Shown one piece after another: positions 25,651 through 25,922 of a stretch of DNA of 25,922 nucleotides. Under the pieces are notes generated by a model. It was given only the letters and a program-made list of their open reading frames with translations. It did not search any database and was not told where the DNA came from. Both the position numbers and the translations under genes were made by a program. The stretch is from Myxococcota bacterium (GTDB taxonomy: Bacteria > Myxococcota > JACRCW01), in contig JBFMGU010000153.1 in the NCBI GenBank assembly GCA_040752415.1, positions 1 to 25,922 of the forward strand, written 5' to 3'. Position 1 is the stretch's first letter. Each line of letters starts with the position of its first letter.

Positions 25651-25922
25651 CCCACGTGATGCCGATGGGGCGACCGTCGGTATCCGTGTCAGGCAAGGCT
25701 GCACCTGAGGAATACCGGCGCGGCCCGGGGTTGGTGGCGAGATGGCCCCCCACCCGGCCGCCTTTCCGCTGCACCGATTTCTCGTCGTGGCGGCCGACCT
25801 CCCCACGGCGTGGGAGGTGTCGATGTGCCGCCACGCTTGAGCAGTCCGCACAGTGAGCGGCACGGGCTCACTGGGGCGTGGTGCCGCGCTCAGCCCTATG
25901 ACGAAACCGGGCGCGGCACATC

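Overview
High-GC bacterial chromosomal window whose gene content looks like Myxococcota (Ser-rich Cys-repeat lipoprotein, myxobacterial-type DUF883/YtxH cluster, PilZ protein); the taxonomy is inferred, not verified. Left to right: a (GGGAGA)7 tract; three small membrane-anchored ElaB/DUF883-like and YtxH-like genes; a 2.7-kb block (lipoprotein, divergent sigma-70, ECF sigma, lipoprotein) bounded by a 23-bp imperfect inverted repeat whose two arms each begin with the TGA stop of a flanking convergent gene; a PilZ protein; a secreted TPR protein; a ~2065-aa modular surface lipoprotein with an internal patch of atypical codon usage; a lower-GC Asp-box beta-propeller gene flanked by 12-bp direct repeats; an S1 serine-protease lipoprotein; a ~200-bp long inverted-repeat element; an intact 1917-aa NdvB/Cgs homologue whose catalytic motifs all appear degenerate; two small upstream ORFs; and an AddB-like Fe-S nuclease with a QLALF clamp-binding-like motif in a disordered insert. 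No rRNA, tRNA, CRISPR array, transposase or recombinase was recognised. All family calls come from motif recognition by eye; no database searches were run. Best novelty candidates are the inverted-repeat-bounded dual-sigma cassette, the Cgs pseudo-enzyme and the clamp-motif AddB.
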